Origin: Dicyema japonicum
Taxonomy: Eukaryota; Animalia; Dicyemida
Direction of reading: 5' to 3'
Length of the DNA stretch: 64,000 nucleotides
Assembly: GCA_011109175.1 (NCBI GenBank)
Contig: RDEW01000020.1
Location: 1,059,418 to 1,123,417, forward strand
Shown: positions 13,651 through 27,109 of the stretch, one piece after another
How the letters are laid out: each line of letters starts with the position of its first letter
How positions within the stretch are numbered: the first letter of the stretch is position 1
The notes under the pieces: model-generated
What the model was told of the DNA's origin: nothing
Databases searched by the model: none
Seen by the model: the letters and a program-made list of their open reading frames with translations, nothing else
Program-made: the position numbers and the translations under genes

Positions 13651-14489
13651 ATGAATTAACTTTAATCCAATTCAATCCCTATTAGTTGCATCAGCCAAAC
13701 CNCGTAGTAATTAAAACACATGAAGTATGGCTGGAGAAAGCCAGAATCGATTTAAAAGGCAATACAACCGACAGATTTGGTCACTTTAAGAAATACATTT
13801 TAACTAGGATTGATGTGAACGTGACTCTTCCTTGCTAATCGAGTTGATCAGTTTCATAAATTTTAGTGGTCATTCGATCAGTAATGGAGTAGACTATTTA
13901 AAAGATCTTTGCAATCCTAATTGTGTTTCTGTGATCCAAGAAGTCCTCTCAGTAGCGATGAGATAAAATTGCTTTCAGGACTCTAAAACATAAATTTCCT
14001 TTACGTGGTCGAAGGACATGAATTGGGTCACAACTTTGGCCTCGTACACGTGGATGAAATCAACTGTTTATTAATATAAGTATTTGAGAAAATATTATTT
14101 GCTATTATGTAGATCATAACAGTACTCCTTCCGTTTTGGTATATGCTTATTGTGCCTGGGAACTAAGTACCATATAATGAATTTTTTACAATATCCTCTT
14201 TTCGTGTAAAAAATTAATATTTTCAGTAAAAAAACAAAATTTAAAACATGCTCTATGTATTCAAAGTATAAAAAAATTAAATTTTTTATTTAAAATTAAA
14301 TATTTTATTATAAATTTCTAATTGGAGGAATAAGTTGGAAATCGTTTCGTTTCCTAAAGAAACTTGGACGCCTAGTTACACTAAAAATCCACGACGATCG
14401 TGAAACCCGGTGGTTTCTCCAGCTGATCTCTGTTGAAATCGTGAGAGGCAAAGCAACGTTGATAGTGTCGATCGGGACCATTATACAAT

Positions 14490-15215
14490 CGAGAACTCAG
14501 GCTAATGACGTTCAACGTACGTGGAATATCGAAAGATTGGACAAGGAAAGTACTTGTGACGATCTCGAGAAATACAAAATATCTATTGGCTGCCTACAAG
14601 AGACGAAAATCGAAAATGAACATGAAACAACTACCGACTGATTCTCTTCCCGACTGAATGCAAGCACTCCGGCATGGGATTTGCCCTACACGTGGATTAC
14701 CTCAAAAAACTACAACGTTATTGGAGAGTCAACGACCGAATATATGTCCTACAAGTCAAACTAAATGATTTATTCCCGTCCAAGAGTCTATTAACTGTCA
14801 TAAATGTCTATGCATCACACTGCGGACGAGTAATCAAGAACCCCGGTGAGCTCGATGAATTCTACTCAGAACTATCAAGCACATACTCTAATGATGCTTT
14901 CTCGTCCCTTATCTTTGTTGCGGGAGATATGAATGCAAAGGCCGGAATGCGGATGAAACTCAAAGAATTCTCTATTGGAAGACACGGGCGTGGAAGGAGA
15001 AATCCATCTGGAGCGTCTCTGGTGAATTTCTGCGAGGCAAATAGCCTATTCCTGTGCAACACGGCCTTTACGCACTCAGCTCGCCGCAAGACGACATGGC
15101 AGGGACAAAGAAAAAACTTTGTCGGGGAGACTGTGAATATATACATCACGACGAGTACATTATCTGCCGAAAGTCTGATAAACACCTGCTAAACGATGCA
15201 CGTTCCTACCAGGGG
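14490..15215 (+). mobile_element. RTE-clade APE endonuclease fragment
   Basis: TFNVRG, IGCLQETK, GMGFAL, VINVYA, AGDMNAKAG, GRRNPSG..LVNFCEAN.LFLCNTAF.H..R.KTTW. Confidence 0.85.
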
Positions 15216-15329
15216 TTTAATAATAATATAACCAGGCTAATTTTATTTCGTGTCATAGAGACAAAAAAATCTGAGTGGACTGGATGTCATATACAAACAG
15301 TTCATTAAGTCTACAATGGAACACGAATT

Positions 15330-15600
15330 TAATGTCAATGTCTAACCTTGCTGCAACGAGTTTGGACAAGATCTGCAAAATTCAGGTAAAGACAGCAAAC
15401 CTACTAAGGAAATCTTCCCATGTGGAAATCCTGCACAGAAACTTTGAAAATACAATAGAAGCGACTGGAACAGTGCCCCTGCGAAGGACTCGATTATGCG
15501 GACTCCGTCCATATCGGAAATGCGTAGAAATGCAGTCGGAACAGCGAGAAAAGATGCAAAAACTGTTGAGGAAGGCCGGAATCACTTGAATTTTGTCTCC
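15330..15600 (+). mobile_element. Ingi/Vingi-like LINE 3' fragment (…REKMQKLLRKAGIT*)
   Basis: Homologous to 3080-3242. Confidence 0.7.
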
Positions 15601-16142
15601 AATACACAGTTTCAAAATACAGGTTTAGTACTCATAACTCCTTTTTCAAAAAAAAATTTCAACATAAAATATCATATTTTTCATTAATAATATAATTTTT
15701 ACAAATAAAAAAATTGAATAACTGATAAAAGTAAACATCGAAAAATCAAATAGCGGAGAATAACTCACATTTATTGGTAACCAAAATATTTATATTTGAC
15801 ATTTTGATAACAGCCTTCAACACCATTTGATGAATCCAATAATGTTTAATAATTGACAAAGTAAAACGAATAAATTTAGATAATATTGAAGAAAATGTAT
15901 GACAATACAACAGAAAAACACAAGAAAACACAAGAAAACAAACACCAACCACAGAAACGTGGCAATTACAAGCCAAATAAAATACTAATTTACTAATAGG
16001 TTCGCCATATTGTAACAAATTTTTAATAATAAATTTTAAATTAATATAAATTTGTCTAAATTTGTCAAAATTTGACTTTAATGAATCTATCTATAATTGC
16101 GGAGAAGAACATGGGTTACTGGTATCTGGTAATATTATTATT

Positions 16143-16460
16143 AATTGATGCACATTGCCTTTTGGTAGGATTGGTGACGTGGCCGGAAAAACGGAATTCA
16201 TGGACTCCTTTCACAGAGACCAGCTTCATCATATCCTTTTCTCTCTTGGAACCACCACAGACTGCCGATCGACATTCGTTAAAAGAGATCGAGGAGCACA
16301 TCGCGAGATCCCAGAGGCGAGATGGAAGCTGTTTAGACATATACTTTGTCTAGACCTGAGGACCCACTCAAACGTAGATTTGGAGGATTACTTTGTAGTG
16401 GATGCTCCGCTTTTTTGAAGTCGATCTAAGACAACTTTGCCGACCATCCTTGATCAAGTA
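16143..16460 (+). mobile_element. RTE 3' fragment
   Basis: DSFHRDQL...ARWKLFRHIL...MEDYF-like, SRSKTTLPTIL. Confidence 0.75.
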
Positions 16461-16645
16461 TCAAATAAAGAACTAATCTGGCAGAGTTGTAGTGACCTTT
16501 TGCTACTGATGAATTACACAATTTTATTTAAGAGGGAGTCATCAGAAACTGTTGACAGCACATTTGAATATTATCTGAGATTGTAAAACAAACTCCTGAT
16601 AAAGTTAATCGACCAGAGATTGCTAGAGTCTGTTTTTCTATGTCA

Positions 16646-16815
16646 CGGCTTCTCTGCAGAAGAGTCAGAATGGGAAGGGGAACTTCCTAACCAATCGACT
16701 TTGTTTTGCCTTGGAAAAGGACAGACTAAGCGGCTTCTCTGCAGAAGAGTCAGAATGGGGAGGGGAACTTCCTAACCAATCGACTTTGTTTTGCCTTGGA
16801 AAAGGACAGACTAAG
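16646..16815. repeat. Tandem duplication of an 85-bp unit
   Basis: cggcttctctgcagaagag...ggacagactaag at 16646-16730 and 16731-16815, one mismatch. Confidence 0.92.
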
Positions 16816-19317
16816 CGGAATCCGGTCGCAAACAAAAAAGGGAATTTCGCAGTGTTTGATATTATTATTATTGTGTCAACAATGTCATTTATAATAAATT
16901 TGTAAATTTAAATTTGAAATTTGTTATAGTGGGTCTTAGATTTCACGTGAAACTTTGTTCAACAATTCTAAATCAACTGCATGTGAGATTAAACGTTAAG
17001 TTTCAGGCCGAAAATAGACATGGGACATCAAACAAGTCAGAGATATCAGTAAGGTCATATTCAGAATCTAAAATGATGATTATTTTACGATCCCTACAAT
17101 CGACTCATTGTAAATTAAACTGTCGACTCCGATGTGTGATAGGTGATTCCTAGATAAGTGCAATATCCACTTTGATTCTGTCCGTGAATTGAATTTCTCT
17201 TCCGAGGTACATCCAGGTAATCCTGGATCGTCTAAGATTTGGGTACCACCCCTCAATAAAGGCGTATGTACGTAAACTGGATGATCTAAATATGTTCCTT
17301 TTGCGAACTTTCCAAGTTGAAAACAAATCACTATTTTGAATGTCCTGAATTAGTAAACGATTCGTGTACAATTTGAGGACTGAACGATCTAGGTGAGCAA
17401 CCAGTATTTGCAGCGTCCAAGGAGTGAGACCGGGATTACTTAAGGAAGTAAGTAACTAACTAACTTTAAAAATGATCCATCCATCGTAAGATCACTTAAA
17501 AATAAGTATCTCCGAAAATCACTCAACCATCAACTAATCAAATTCACTAACCAAAGGCACATCATAGAACCACTTCAAACCATCTAAGAACGGTTAGAAA
17601 ATCTAAATTCAGTCATAAAAGCAACGATGAACAAAAAAACTTTGATTCCATCAGTAGCATATGACTCACTAAGGGCATCAAAACACACCTCTTAGATAAA
17701 CAAACATATAAGAATTGTTATCCCAAGGGTCTGTAGAGTTTGATCGCAAAAATGAGAAAATCATATCTGGATAAAATATGCTTGGAATTTTTTCACATAC
17801 GATAAACCACCGGAATTCAAGATAGACGTAAAGGATCTCATGAATGCTATGACTTGGCAAATCATTTATAGCTTAGTCGCCTACATGTTGATCAATTTGA
17901 AAGTACCATCTATTTATTTTAGTCATTTGTTAATTTTAATTCCAAAGAACATAAAAATCATGAATTAATAATAAATTCAATTGTTTCATTATTTAAAATA
18001 ATTATTTAATCCAACTAATAAAATATTATTTATTCAAAATGAGATTTATTTTAAATATCATTATCTTAAAGCATCTAGTAATAATACATCAAATGATAAT
18101 GTAGTATAAATTTTGCTCGATTCTTGAACCAAAAATTTGTTCTGTTTTCTACACAAACCGTATAAATCTTTCGCCTTTTACTAAAGATTTCCGTGTGTAG
18201 GGATATCAATGAATATCCGTTTTTTGTGCCTCTTTTGAGGTTTTTTAAAAAAAAATTTAATTACACCATAATATATTCTATATCTATTTAAAGATCCTTT
18301 AATCTCTATGCACATAAACAGTAAATCGTATATACGCTCCAAGGATGCATGTCCCAGTATTTTAAGGAAACGAATCGATTTACCCTTTATTCTTCCATTT
18401 GTCTCAATGAAACTAAACGTCGATGTTTTTATCAAAATAAATGCAAAATTTGGCTAAAATTGTAGGATTAACGAAATAATTTTATATGAAATTAACGTCA
18501 AACATTCCACGCAATAATTCTGTTGATGGTTCTGTGCCTCGGACTTTTTTTCCAGGATGTGAAGACCATCCTTCCGCATCAGCATCTGTCTAATTTTTTG
18601 ACCACGCGTTCNGATATTAAAAGTTGATTAATCGTTACTTTCGGTCACACGGTTAAACGGCTTTAACGGTTAAATCGATTTTACGGAACGTTCTCAACCT
18701 GAAATCGTTGTCAACTGGTCACAATGATTTATTTTGTCTCATTTTGAACTTCTCAGAACAAAAGAACAACTAAAAGCAGCATTCAAACGTATGGAGATGC
18801 TGGACTCACATACATCTCTATTCCTGGTAGCGTCGGTACCCACCTTGACGATACTTTCCGCACCGGTAATCGCCACATGACAGCCTTATTGCTTTCATAC
18901 AATAACTACGTAACAACTTAGAATAACACGGTGGCTCTTTCAAAACATTAACTCGCGATCATGAGAGGTAATGCCCTTTTTTCACAAACTTCATTTGCAG
19001 ACTTATATTTAAAAAACCAACCTACTATATATGTCGATGACTGTTAAGATCCATTCGGTAAGGGATAACTCGTCTAGAAATAACATGTAATAAATATAAT
19101 TTTTCTGCATTTCATATTGGGTTTACGAGGAGTATGTGAACAAATTCCGGAACTTGCGTACATACGACGATTTGCATTTACGTGAAAACTTTTAGGGGAA
19201 GTGAGAATTCAAACAGATTTGCAAGACGTCTTTCAAAATTTCATATTCTGAACTATCTTTCACAAAACCTCTGCAAGAAACCAATACAAAAAATATATTT
19301 GAAACACGCTAGATATT

Positions 19318-19445
19318 TAGGGTTGCCACCATAAAAATAAAATTCTGATAATCAAAGATATTTGATTTGACCTTTTCAAAGTTAAAAAATGTAACCTTCT
19401 GTCCATTTATAACCAGTCGGCCATGTGAAATAGCTGGCCACTCTG
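19318..19445. mobile_element. Possible hAT-type MITE
   Basis: TAGGGTTGCCA ... TGGCCACTCTG imperfect TIR; no matching 8-bp TSD. Confidence 0.35.
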
Positions 19446-20319
19446 ACGGCCAGCAAAAAAGTGTTTTACTTTTTTGTACGAACAATTAATTAGGACGACG
19501 TTAAACTAAGTTGGGTAACTTGCGCAACAAAAAAATTTGCAGCAGATTCAAAGTTCAGCAATGAAATTGTAACTGGCTGTTTAAAATCATCTCCCGTTGG
19601 GTATTGCACTGGGAGTCGAAGATCTGGGTGACCACCTTGAAATGAGAAACTTACAATATCTCAGACAATTGCTTGACCTAAACCTCCCAACATTTCCATT
19701 ATTTGAGTTTACAAATCGCAGACACATATGGGGAACATTCAATGATTTTCAAAGAACACTCTAGAAGATCCCACTTCTGGTGAAAGACCAAACCTGAATC
19801 AATGTAGACTTAGTGTCTACTCGTGTCATACGAACCCTTGAAGAGAAAAAGATTAGCGCTTCAGAACTATTTCCGAGGGCCGTCAGATTTGAACTTTCTC
19901 GTTAAAGATGTGGACATCATCCGTCTATGGTTGGGAGATAAGTTCGGGATCTTCTTGATTGCCCTGTATCACCTGAGCTAGATGTCAAGGTATGGTCTCT
20001 GGGAACATCCTGCCAACTTTATCAATACTGTTGAATTCTTTCACAGCATTTACTCAACAAAAAATGCTGGAGACTCTAACTCCATGATTCGATAATCTAT
20101 TTGATGTTTTTTTAAAAATCCATCTATTATGAAGCCACTTTATTCCCGTCTCTCTTTTTTCATGTTTTACTAATTCCGACAACTCACTAATAATGGAGAA
20201 TCATTGCATCAGACAAATATTCAAGACAACCACCGATTGAATGAATTATAGATGACATTAATTTTATGATTTTTTGGGAGAAAACAATTTGTTAACATAA
20301 AGTTGTTATGACAGATCCC

Positions 20320-20790
20320 CATTATGACCTGCAGGCATTGAGCCCCATGGGCGTTACCTCTCATAATCGCTAGCCCAATGTTCTTGAAAAGCCATCGCGT
20401 CATTCTGGTTCTATCTTCCGCTTCCATACAATCCGTCTGAGTAACCTGATAAAATCAGACGTGCTTGGGCCAATAACACCAGACGTCTCAACGAAGATCG
20501 GCTGAAAAAAGAGCCGATCCATGATACCGTGGTACTTCCTACTTTTTTTTATTCAGCAGTGCTCGCTGCAAAACCCGGGTGTAACAGTGACAAACAAATT
20601 ACCATTGGAGAAAGTGTCCATGCACGTTGAATTCTAAGAAGCATGATTGTTACGCCATCCAGCCTCTTGGCATCATCTCTGTCAACGCCGAAGGCTCCAG
20701 AAAGCAAGTAAACCTTGCGTCTTTATAGCTCACGTGACAGTCGCGTTTAAAGTACGTGACGAGGGAATCTCCGGAGCTTCGTCTGCATGA
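20320..20790 (-). mobile_element. CRE-clade LINE, RLE C-terminal fragment
   Basis: RRSSGRFPRH, RDDAKRLDG, FQPIFVETSGVIGP, WLFKNIGLAIMRGNA. Confidence 0.8.
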
Positions 20791-21204
20791 CCTTAATAAT
20801 GAAATCGTATCTTTTAAAAATATATATTATTACAGTTTATTACCATCAACTCCCATCTTTAAATTTTCCATATTATTGGAAAATATTTTAATTATTATTC
20901 AACCAAACTGCCAAAAAAATTAAATAAATTAAAAAAAATTAAAACCAAACTGCCAAGTGGCGCCAACTTTAGTGTGGTGCTATGTGACTACTTGAATTGA
21001 AGATTTTTTGTTTGTTTCTTCTGTTCCTCCTCTTCCCCTTTAGCTCCAAAGAGATTGAATTGTTAGTCTCGTCATGTGGTTCATCATCTATGGTGGCTTC
21101 TGATATAATCCTAAATAATACAAAAAAGGGACCATTAGTCAACAACCATCGCGGTCAAAGAGCCACGGCTGCCAACCTCTGTCCTAAAGGATTACAAAAA
21201 AATA

Positions 21205-22265
21205 GATGAACCTACTTTTATGGAATGCTGATTGGGGATCTCACTTTTAGTGAGAGGCAGAAGATCATGACTATCTGCACAATCGATGTCCATACAAGGG
21301 ATGCTGTGGAGAAATTTATTCAGCAAAAAAGTTCATATTGGGCACTAACGAGTAGGTTGAGAATAGTCAAGCTTTCACATGGCTGTGCCAACTCAGACAT
21401 TGTGTGATGAAACCAAAAAGGACTGCTTCACTAAAATATGTGACGCTATCTACAGATATTCCCATGAATACTTGGGTTGTACTTCCAGATTGGTTATAAC
21501 TCCACTAACTGACCGGTTGCATCCTTTAATAGCTGAAACAACTAAGGATTTGGAGAAGTCCGTTGGAATTATGGCCTACATGTTCAACTGCTAGGAGAAC
21601 ATATGGATTATAAGGTTCAAAGACTGTTTATGAATTAGTCCGTTGTTAATATTTACAAAGGACTGGTTCAATCGGGAGCTTGGGGATGCTTTGTTGTGTT
21701 TAATAGAAAATCGGTGGAAGTATTATCAGTTGTGGTGAGGTTGATAATATTCAGGACACCAATAAGGACAAGATATTCAATTTTATGTGAACTGGGTACT
21801 ACCAACTGTTGAGATATTTATAACTATGAATGCCGGGGGCACTGAACTCCGAAAACTTGAAGGCTTTATTCAGGCATATAGTGATCTGATTTTAAGGCCA
21901 TGTGTCATCGTTGATTCCCATTTTGAGATGAATTGTGAAATTGGTGAAGGCTTATCGGATGCAGGACTTTTGGCTCATTAGCTTAAAACTCTGTACAGTT
22001 TGTGCAAGGAACTCATTTCCAAACAAGATCACTATAATTGGGGACTTCGAGTTATCAAATAAGTCCTGGTTCTCTTTAAAGAACAGATTTACAACGACCG
22101 GAAGATCAGGTAGACTAAATATTAACATTTTAGGTTCTCATGAGAGTCTTGAGGGACTTGAATATACCAAAGATAGTCACTGATGATTTTCCAATCTTTA
22201 TTGGACTAATTAGATATTTCTTCACTTCTATTTATGTCCACAGAAAACGGAATTTAGAATTTGAG
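21205..22265 (+). pseudogene. Axonemal (outer-arm, DNAH9/11/17-like) dynein heavy chain AAA1 fragment, decayed
   Basis: [85 protein letters not shown]; Walker A deleted; stops and frameshifts; 24-nt introns at 21615-21638 and 22110-22133. Confidence 0.9.
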
Positions 22266-22369
22266 CAGAACATTTGAAAGGCTACCTCCTGACCTGATGC
22301 TGTGTGGTTCGTGGTGAATAAAATTGTAATGGTGTGCATAATGCTTATCTCTGAAATCTACTAACCATA

Positions 22370-22894
22370 CGCGGGAGACACATAGTCCTAACAAGGAAGT
22401 AAAAGTGCTCCGTCTCAAGAGAACTGTTCTTTTGCAGTCAATCGAAGGTGGTACCCGCGCAGTCATTAGGGTATTTTCTTCAAGTGAACTTCTAAAACCG
22501 ACTCCCGAAGCCTACAACATTTTGTTGAACAAGCACTCTCTCACGTCACAGCCAACTATCAATTGCTCCTCCAGCCGGATTGAATCCCCATGAATGCATC
22601 AACGATAAGGTTCTGGCGTGCTAGACCGAATGAGACCTGGCCATCTGAAAGATCTAACTTCTTTGTCAGAAAAAGACCTGTAACTTCGTCCTAAGAATTC
22701 AATTACCTACTTATGAACTGGATTCTGTCTGGAGTACTTACTGAAGTTGTCCGCCATGTTCTGTTTTTTACTAACTTGATAGCCTTCAATAAGAAAGGCG
22801 AAGGAGTACGACCGGATGTGGTTGGGTTTATCTCCAGAAGGCTGGCTGTTAAAATTGTTTCCAGACATTCTACTCGTCACACAAGATACTCCCT
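22370..22894 (+). mobile_element. CRE-clade LINE fragment (pre-RT region), runs into an assembly gap
   Basis: Homologous to 32960-33490 (LRLKRTV, MRPGHLKDLTS, LIAFNKKGEGVRP). Confidence 0.85.
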
Positions 22895-23224
22895 NNNNNN
22901 NNNNNNNNNNNNNNNNNNNNNNNNNNNNNNNNNNNNNNNNNNNNNNNNNNNNNNNNNNNNNNNNNNNNNNNNNNNNNNNNNNNNNNNNNNNNNNNNNNNN
23001 NNNNNNNNNNNNNNNNNNNNNNNNNNNNNNNNNNNNNNNNNNNNNNNNNNNNNNNNNNNNNNNNNNNNNNNNNNNNNNNNNNNNNNNNNNNNNNNNNNNN
23101 NNNNNNNNNNNNNNNNNNNNNNNNNNNNNNNNNNNNNNNNNNNNNNNNNNNNNNNNNNNNNNNNNNNNNNNNNNNNNNNNNNNNNNNNNNNNNNNNNNNN
23201 NNNNNNNNNNNNNNNNNNNNNNNN
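22895..23224. other. Assembly gap (N run)
   Basis: Run of n. Confidence 1.
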
Positions 23225-23747
23225 ACATGATTTATCAACAAAAATATGAATTTATCAAGTATTACGAAGTTCTTCAAGTAATGATCTTATATCTTGTGCT
23301 ATTTCATCGGATTGTCTTAAGTTTTCTTCCTAAAATATAATGTAAAAATACATAATCCCTGTGAAGATCTGCTAAAAGTCCATAGTAGCTATCTTTAATA
23401 TAAAAAACATATACCCGTTAGCTCTAAGTTACTTTTGTCACTAACTTCCAATAAAAAGTCTATCTCTCTAATCTCCATTTGTATTTCAAAAATATATTGA
23501 GTTATTTGCAGATATTCATCTACCAATATCCATAGTCGATTATTCTCATGGTGATGGTTTGACGAGTTCATTCTTCTTAATTTACAAAATGTTACGTTTA
23601 ATTATCGCTCATAACCATTTATATATTATTTGCAAGGTCATAATTGTAATCATAATATCTTAGTAGACGTAATTTATTTTAACAATTTTGTCATATTTTA
23701 GATTATCTGTTGGCGAAGGAACAACTCGTCTATGTAGTTTGGAAAAA
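23225..23747. repeat. Left arm of a ~520-bp near-identical inverted repeat (right arm 26587-27109)
   Basis: Reverse complement matches 26587-27109 with only scattered mismatches. Confidence 0.92.
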
Positions 23748-24129
23748 TTATATTTGTTACATGTTATTTCGTGATTTTTGTGTTAAAACGATATTTTCTA
23801 GACATTTAATTTATGAGATTTTTTGACATGCGAGATGTCCATAGCCGATTGTAATTATAATATTAATTAAAGGATATAGTTTTTCCAAGCTATTAAAAAA
23901 TTTTCGATACTTGACTCGTTATAATAATCTTTCTTTAATGTTTTATTTTAATCTAACTACAATATTACGACATTAATATAAACTTGACTAAAATAATCTA
24001 TTTATAGATAAACATTCTGAAATTAAGACTTGACATTTTATTTTAATATGATTTTCTGATAAGATTTATTTTTAATGATGGTTTTTGAGATTATAAGACG
24101 TAAATAAAGAGAGACATTTCGTTCTAAAT

Positions 24130-24240
24130 AATAATAATAATAGCAACACCAGAGACCACGGTTACACAAACTAACTAATCACGTGATCCCAGCACGCTCT
24201 AGCAGAGACCTTATCTTTGCCCGATGCTCCTCCCTCGCTC
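24130..24240 (-). mobile_element. Ingi/Vingi-like LINE 3' fragment (…RAKIRSLLERAGIT*)
   Basis: Conserved AGIT* terminus. Confidence 0.65.
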
Positions 24241-24619
24241 TCTCCCACTCCACTGGAGGGGTTTCAACAACTGCAACTATGGACGTTTTTTACCTTTTAT
24301 GTTGATTCCGGATGGACTCTGTAGAAGTGGAAACTGGATACACTTAATTAGTTGTTTACTTTAACTTATTTCTCGATGTATCCGGGGTTAATAAATAAAT
24401 GTAAACCTCACTATCTTGGATGCGAGATCACTATCTGTACCTAAACACAACCTTAACTACACCAGGGGACATGCCAGGTCGCCAGTATCTAAGGAAAAAA
24501 ACGAACTCAAAAAGTCTGGTCGATAAACTACTGAGGATAAGTTTAGACTGAAAGCTTTGAACATTGAACTAAAAAATAGAGAGGAAATAGCACAAATATT
24601 AGATCTACTACTGAAATTT

Positions 24620-25858
24620 CGGAAAAGCCGGATAAAGGCTGTGGCGGATACCTACCAGCAAGTCACAGTGGGCTCCGAGAAGGGAGGTCTACGGCAGACA
24701 TTGTATGGAGCCACAGATGGCGCTACGTAACGCACCAAAGATTCAAGAGCGCAACAACTGTGTTGGGAATAGATCTTTCCAGAGTTTTCGACTCAATAAA
24801 CAGACAGAAACTGATGAATGTGCTTGAGCAAATATTGGATGAATCGTCGGTTAGGATAATCAGACTACTACTTGCGAACACAAGACTATCTGTGAGGACA
24901 GAAATAGCAACTTCCCGCAGTTTCAAAACAACGATTGGGACACCCCAGGGTGATTCCCTCTCCCATTTACTATTCACCATATACCTTGAATCTGCACTCC
25001 GCGACCTCCGTAAATGCTATATAGGAGACATAGAAGAGACATCTTATGCGGATGATGTGGATTTTGTATCACGGGATGTGACCGCACTCCAACACCTGCT
25101 AGAAAATGCACCTGCGGAGCTTGAGAAATGGTTTCTCAGCGTAAATGTTAACAAAACTGAAATTACGGAAATCAAAAGAGAAGACGATATTACTCATGAA
25201 AGATGGAGACGTACTAATAAGCTCGGCTCTCTACTAGGAGACGCTGAAGATGTACTAAGGAGGAAAACACTGGCAAATGCGGCAATGGCTAAACTGAAGA
25301 AAGGATGGCTAAGGGCCAAAGGACTTGGAATTGACATCAGATGCAGGCTTTACAACGCGTTTGTGAAACCGATCCTACTGTATAACGCTGGGACATGGGG
25401 AAGTTCCTTCAACGAACTATTGAAACTGGATTCGTTCCATAGAAGGCAACTAAGAAGCTTACTCGGAATGGAGTGGCCACGTAGAATATCAACCACTGGT
25501 ATCTACAACAAGTGTATGTGTTCTTACATCAGCAAGGATGTGATAGATGCCCGGTGGAGGCTATTTGGGCATGTACTAAGAATGAACCCGGACGCACCCG
25601 CTAACAAAGCGATGGAAGATTACTTTGACAGTTGCGACAAACCCTCTCGCGGACGACCTAGATCGACACTTCTGACTGCCTTAAACAAATACTTAAATCG
25701 TGTGAGAAAAAGTCTAAAGACGGGGGACGACCTGGACGAATTGAGATCACTCGCATTCGACAGAGGAAGATGGAAAAGACTAACTATAAATATTGTTTCT
25801 TTGAGTGTTGCACATGCGGGGTATTATGGCTTTCGTGAAAGTGCCTTAATAATAATAC
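24620..25858 (+). mobile_element. RTE-clade LINE, 5'-truncated, RT plus C-terminus largely open
   Basis: ORF 24760-25974: IDLSRVFDSI, GTPQGDSLS, YADDVD, RLYNAFVKPILLYNAGTW, RWRLFGHVLR, RGRPR; terminal hairpin ggctttcgtgaaagtgcc followed by taataata. Confidence 0.93.
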
Positions 25859-25859
25859 T

Positions 25860-26470
25860 GAAATTTGGAAAACCATCCGAGACCCTCAAGAGAGGATGGA
25901 AGAACGTCAGAGGTGGATCACAGCCAAAACGACTTAAACAACCTAACACAATACTATGTGAAAATATCTTATAAAGACCAAAAAGTCGGATGTATCTCCG
26001 AAATATTTCAGAAAACCGAAAAGGAACCGGATATGATTCACTTTACTAAAAACGACGTGAGATTTGCATTGAAAGCCACTAAAACAATCGTTTTTCGCAC
26101 AAGCCGGGACACATGAAAACTTTATTTTGCTCCATAAACGTCCAAAAAGCTTTCGACTCTGTATCAGGGAAGATTCTTAGTTGGAAAATTTACCAAATTA
26201 AGATCCCTGGAAGGCTCAAACTCTGGGTAGCTAACTTTCTTAGTGGTCGGAGGGGACGCGTCTGCATTGGTCAGTCAAGGTCTATTTCACGGCTTCTCCG
26301 TAATGGAGTTCCCCAAGGATCCCCTTTATCTTCAGTTTTATTCAATCTAGTCATGGCGGACCCCCCACTCTAGACTCCGAAAATGATTTTATTCTAACTC
26401 ATGCCGACGACATCGTCATTGCGTCACGTGATCAGGACATCCAAATTGCCACTTAGAAATTGCAAGAAAA
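25860..26470 (+). mobile_element. Ingi/Vingi-like LINE RT fragment, internally deleted
   Basis: INVQKAFDSV, WVANFLSGRRGRV, NGVPQGSPLSSVLFN, HADDIVI. Confidence 0.8.
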
Positions 26471-26586
26471 CCTCATCTTTGCCCGATGCTCTTCCCTCGA
26501 CCCCACACAAGCACGTATTGGTCGAGTGACTGGACCTTCGCAGTCACGACGGCGCGTCTCATGTTTCATTCGTATCAAGTCTTCTG

Positions 26587-27109
26587 TTTTTCCAAACTAC
26601 ATAGACGAGTTGTTCCTTCGCCAACAGATAATCTAAAATATGACAAAATTGTTAAAATAAATTACGTCTACTAAGATATTATGATTACAATTATGACCTT
26701 GCAAATAATATATAAATGGTTATGAGCAATAATTAAACGTAACATTTTGTAAATTAAGAAGAATGAACTCGTCAAACCATCACCATGAGAATAATCGACT
26801 ATGGATATTGGTAGATGAATATCTGCAAATAACTCAATATATTTTTGAAATACAAATGGAGATTAGAGAGATAGACTTTTTATTGGAAGTTAGTGACAAA
26901 AGTAACTTAGAGCTAATGGGTATATGCTTTTTATATTAAAGATAGCTACTATGGACTTTTAGCAGATCTTCACAGGGATTATGTATTTTTACATTATATT
27001 TTAGGAAGAAAACTTACGACAATCCAATGAAATATCACAAGATATAAGATCATTACTTGAAGAACTTCGTAATACTTGATAAATTCATATTTTTGTTGAT
27101 AAATCATGT
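26587..27109. repeat. Right arm of the inverted repeat; resembles a decayed gene with short introns
   Basis: Reverse complement of 23225-23747. Confidence 0.9.

Noticed and set aside
14440-14485. Possible 2A remnant before the RTE APE (agcaacgttgatagt...gatcgggacca)
   Set aside because: Needs several substitutions and indels; other RTE copies have only a ~20-nt leader
22707-23340. Long ORFs in the track
   Set aside because: Artefacts of the N gap
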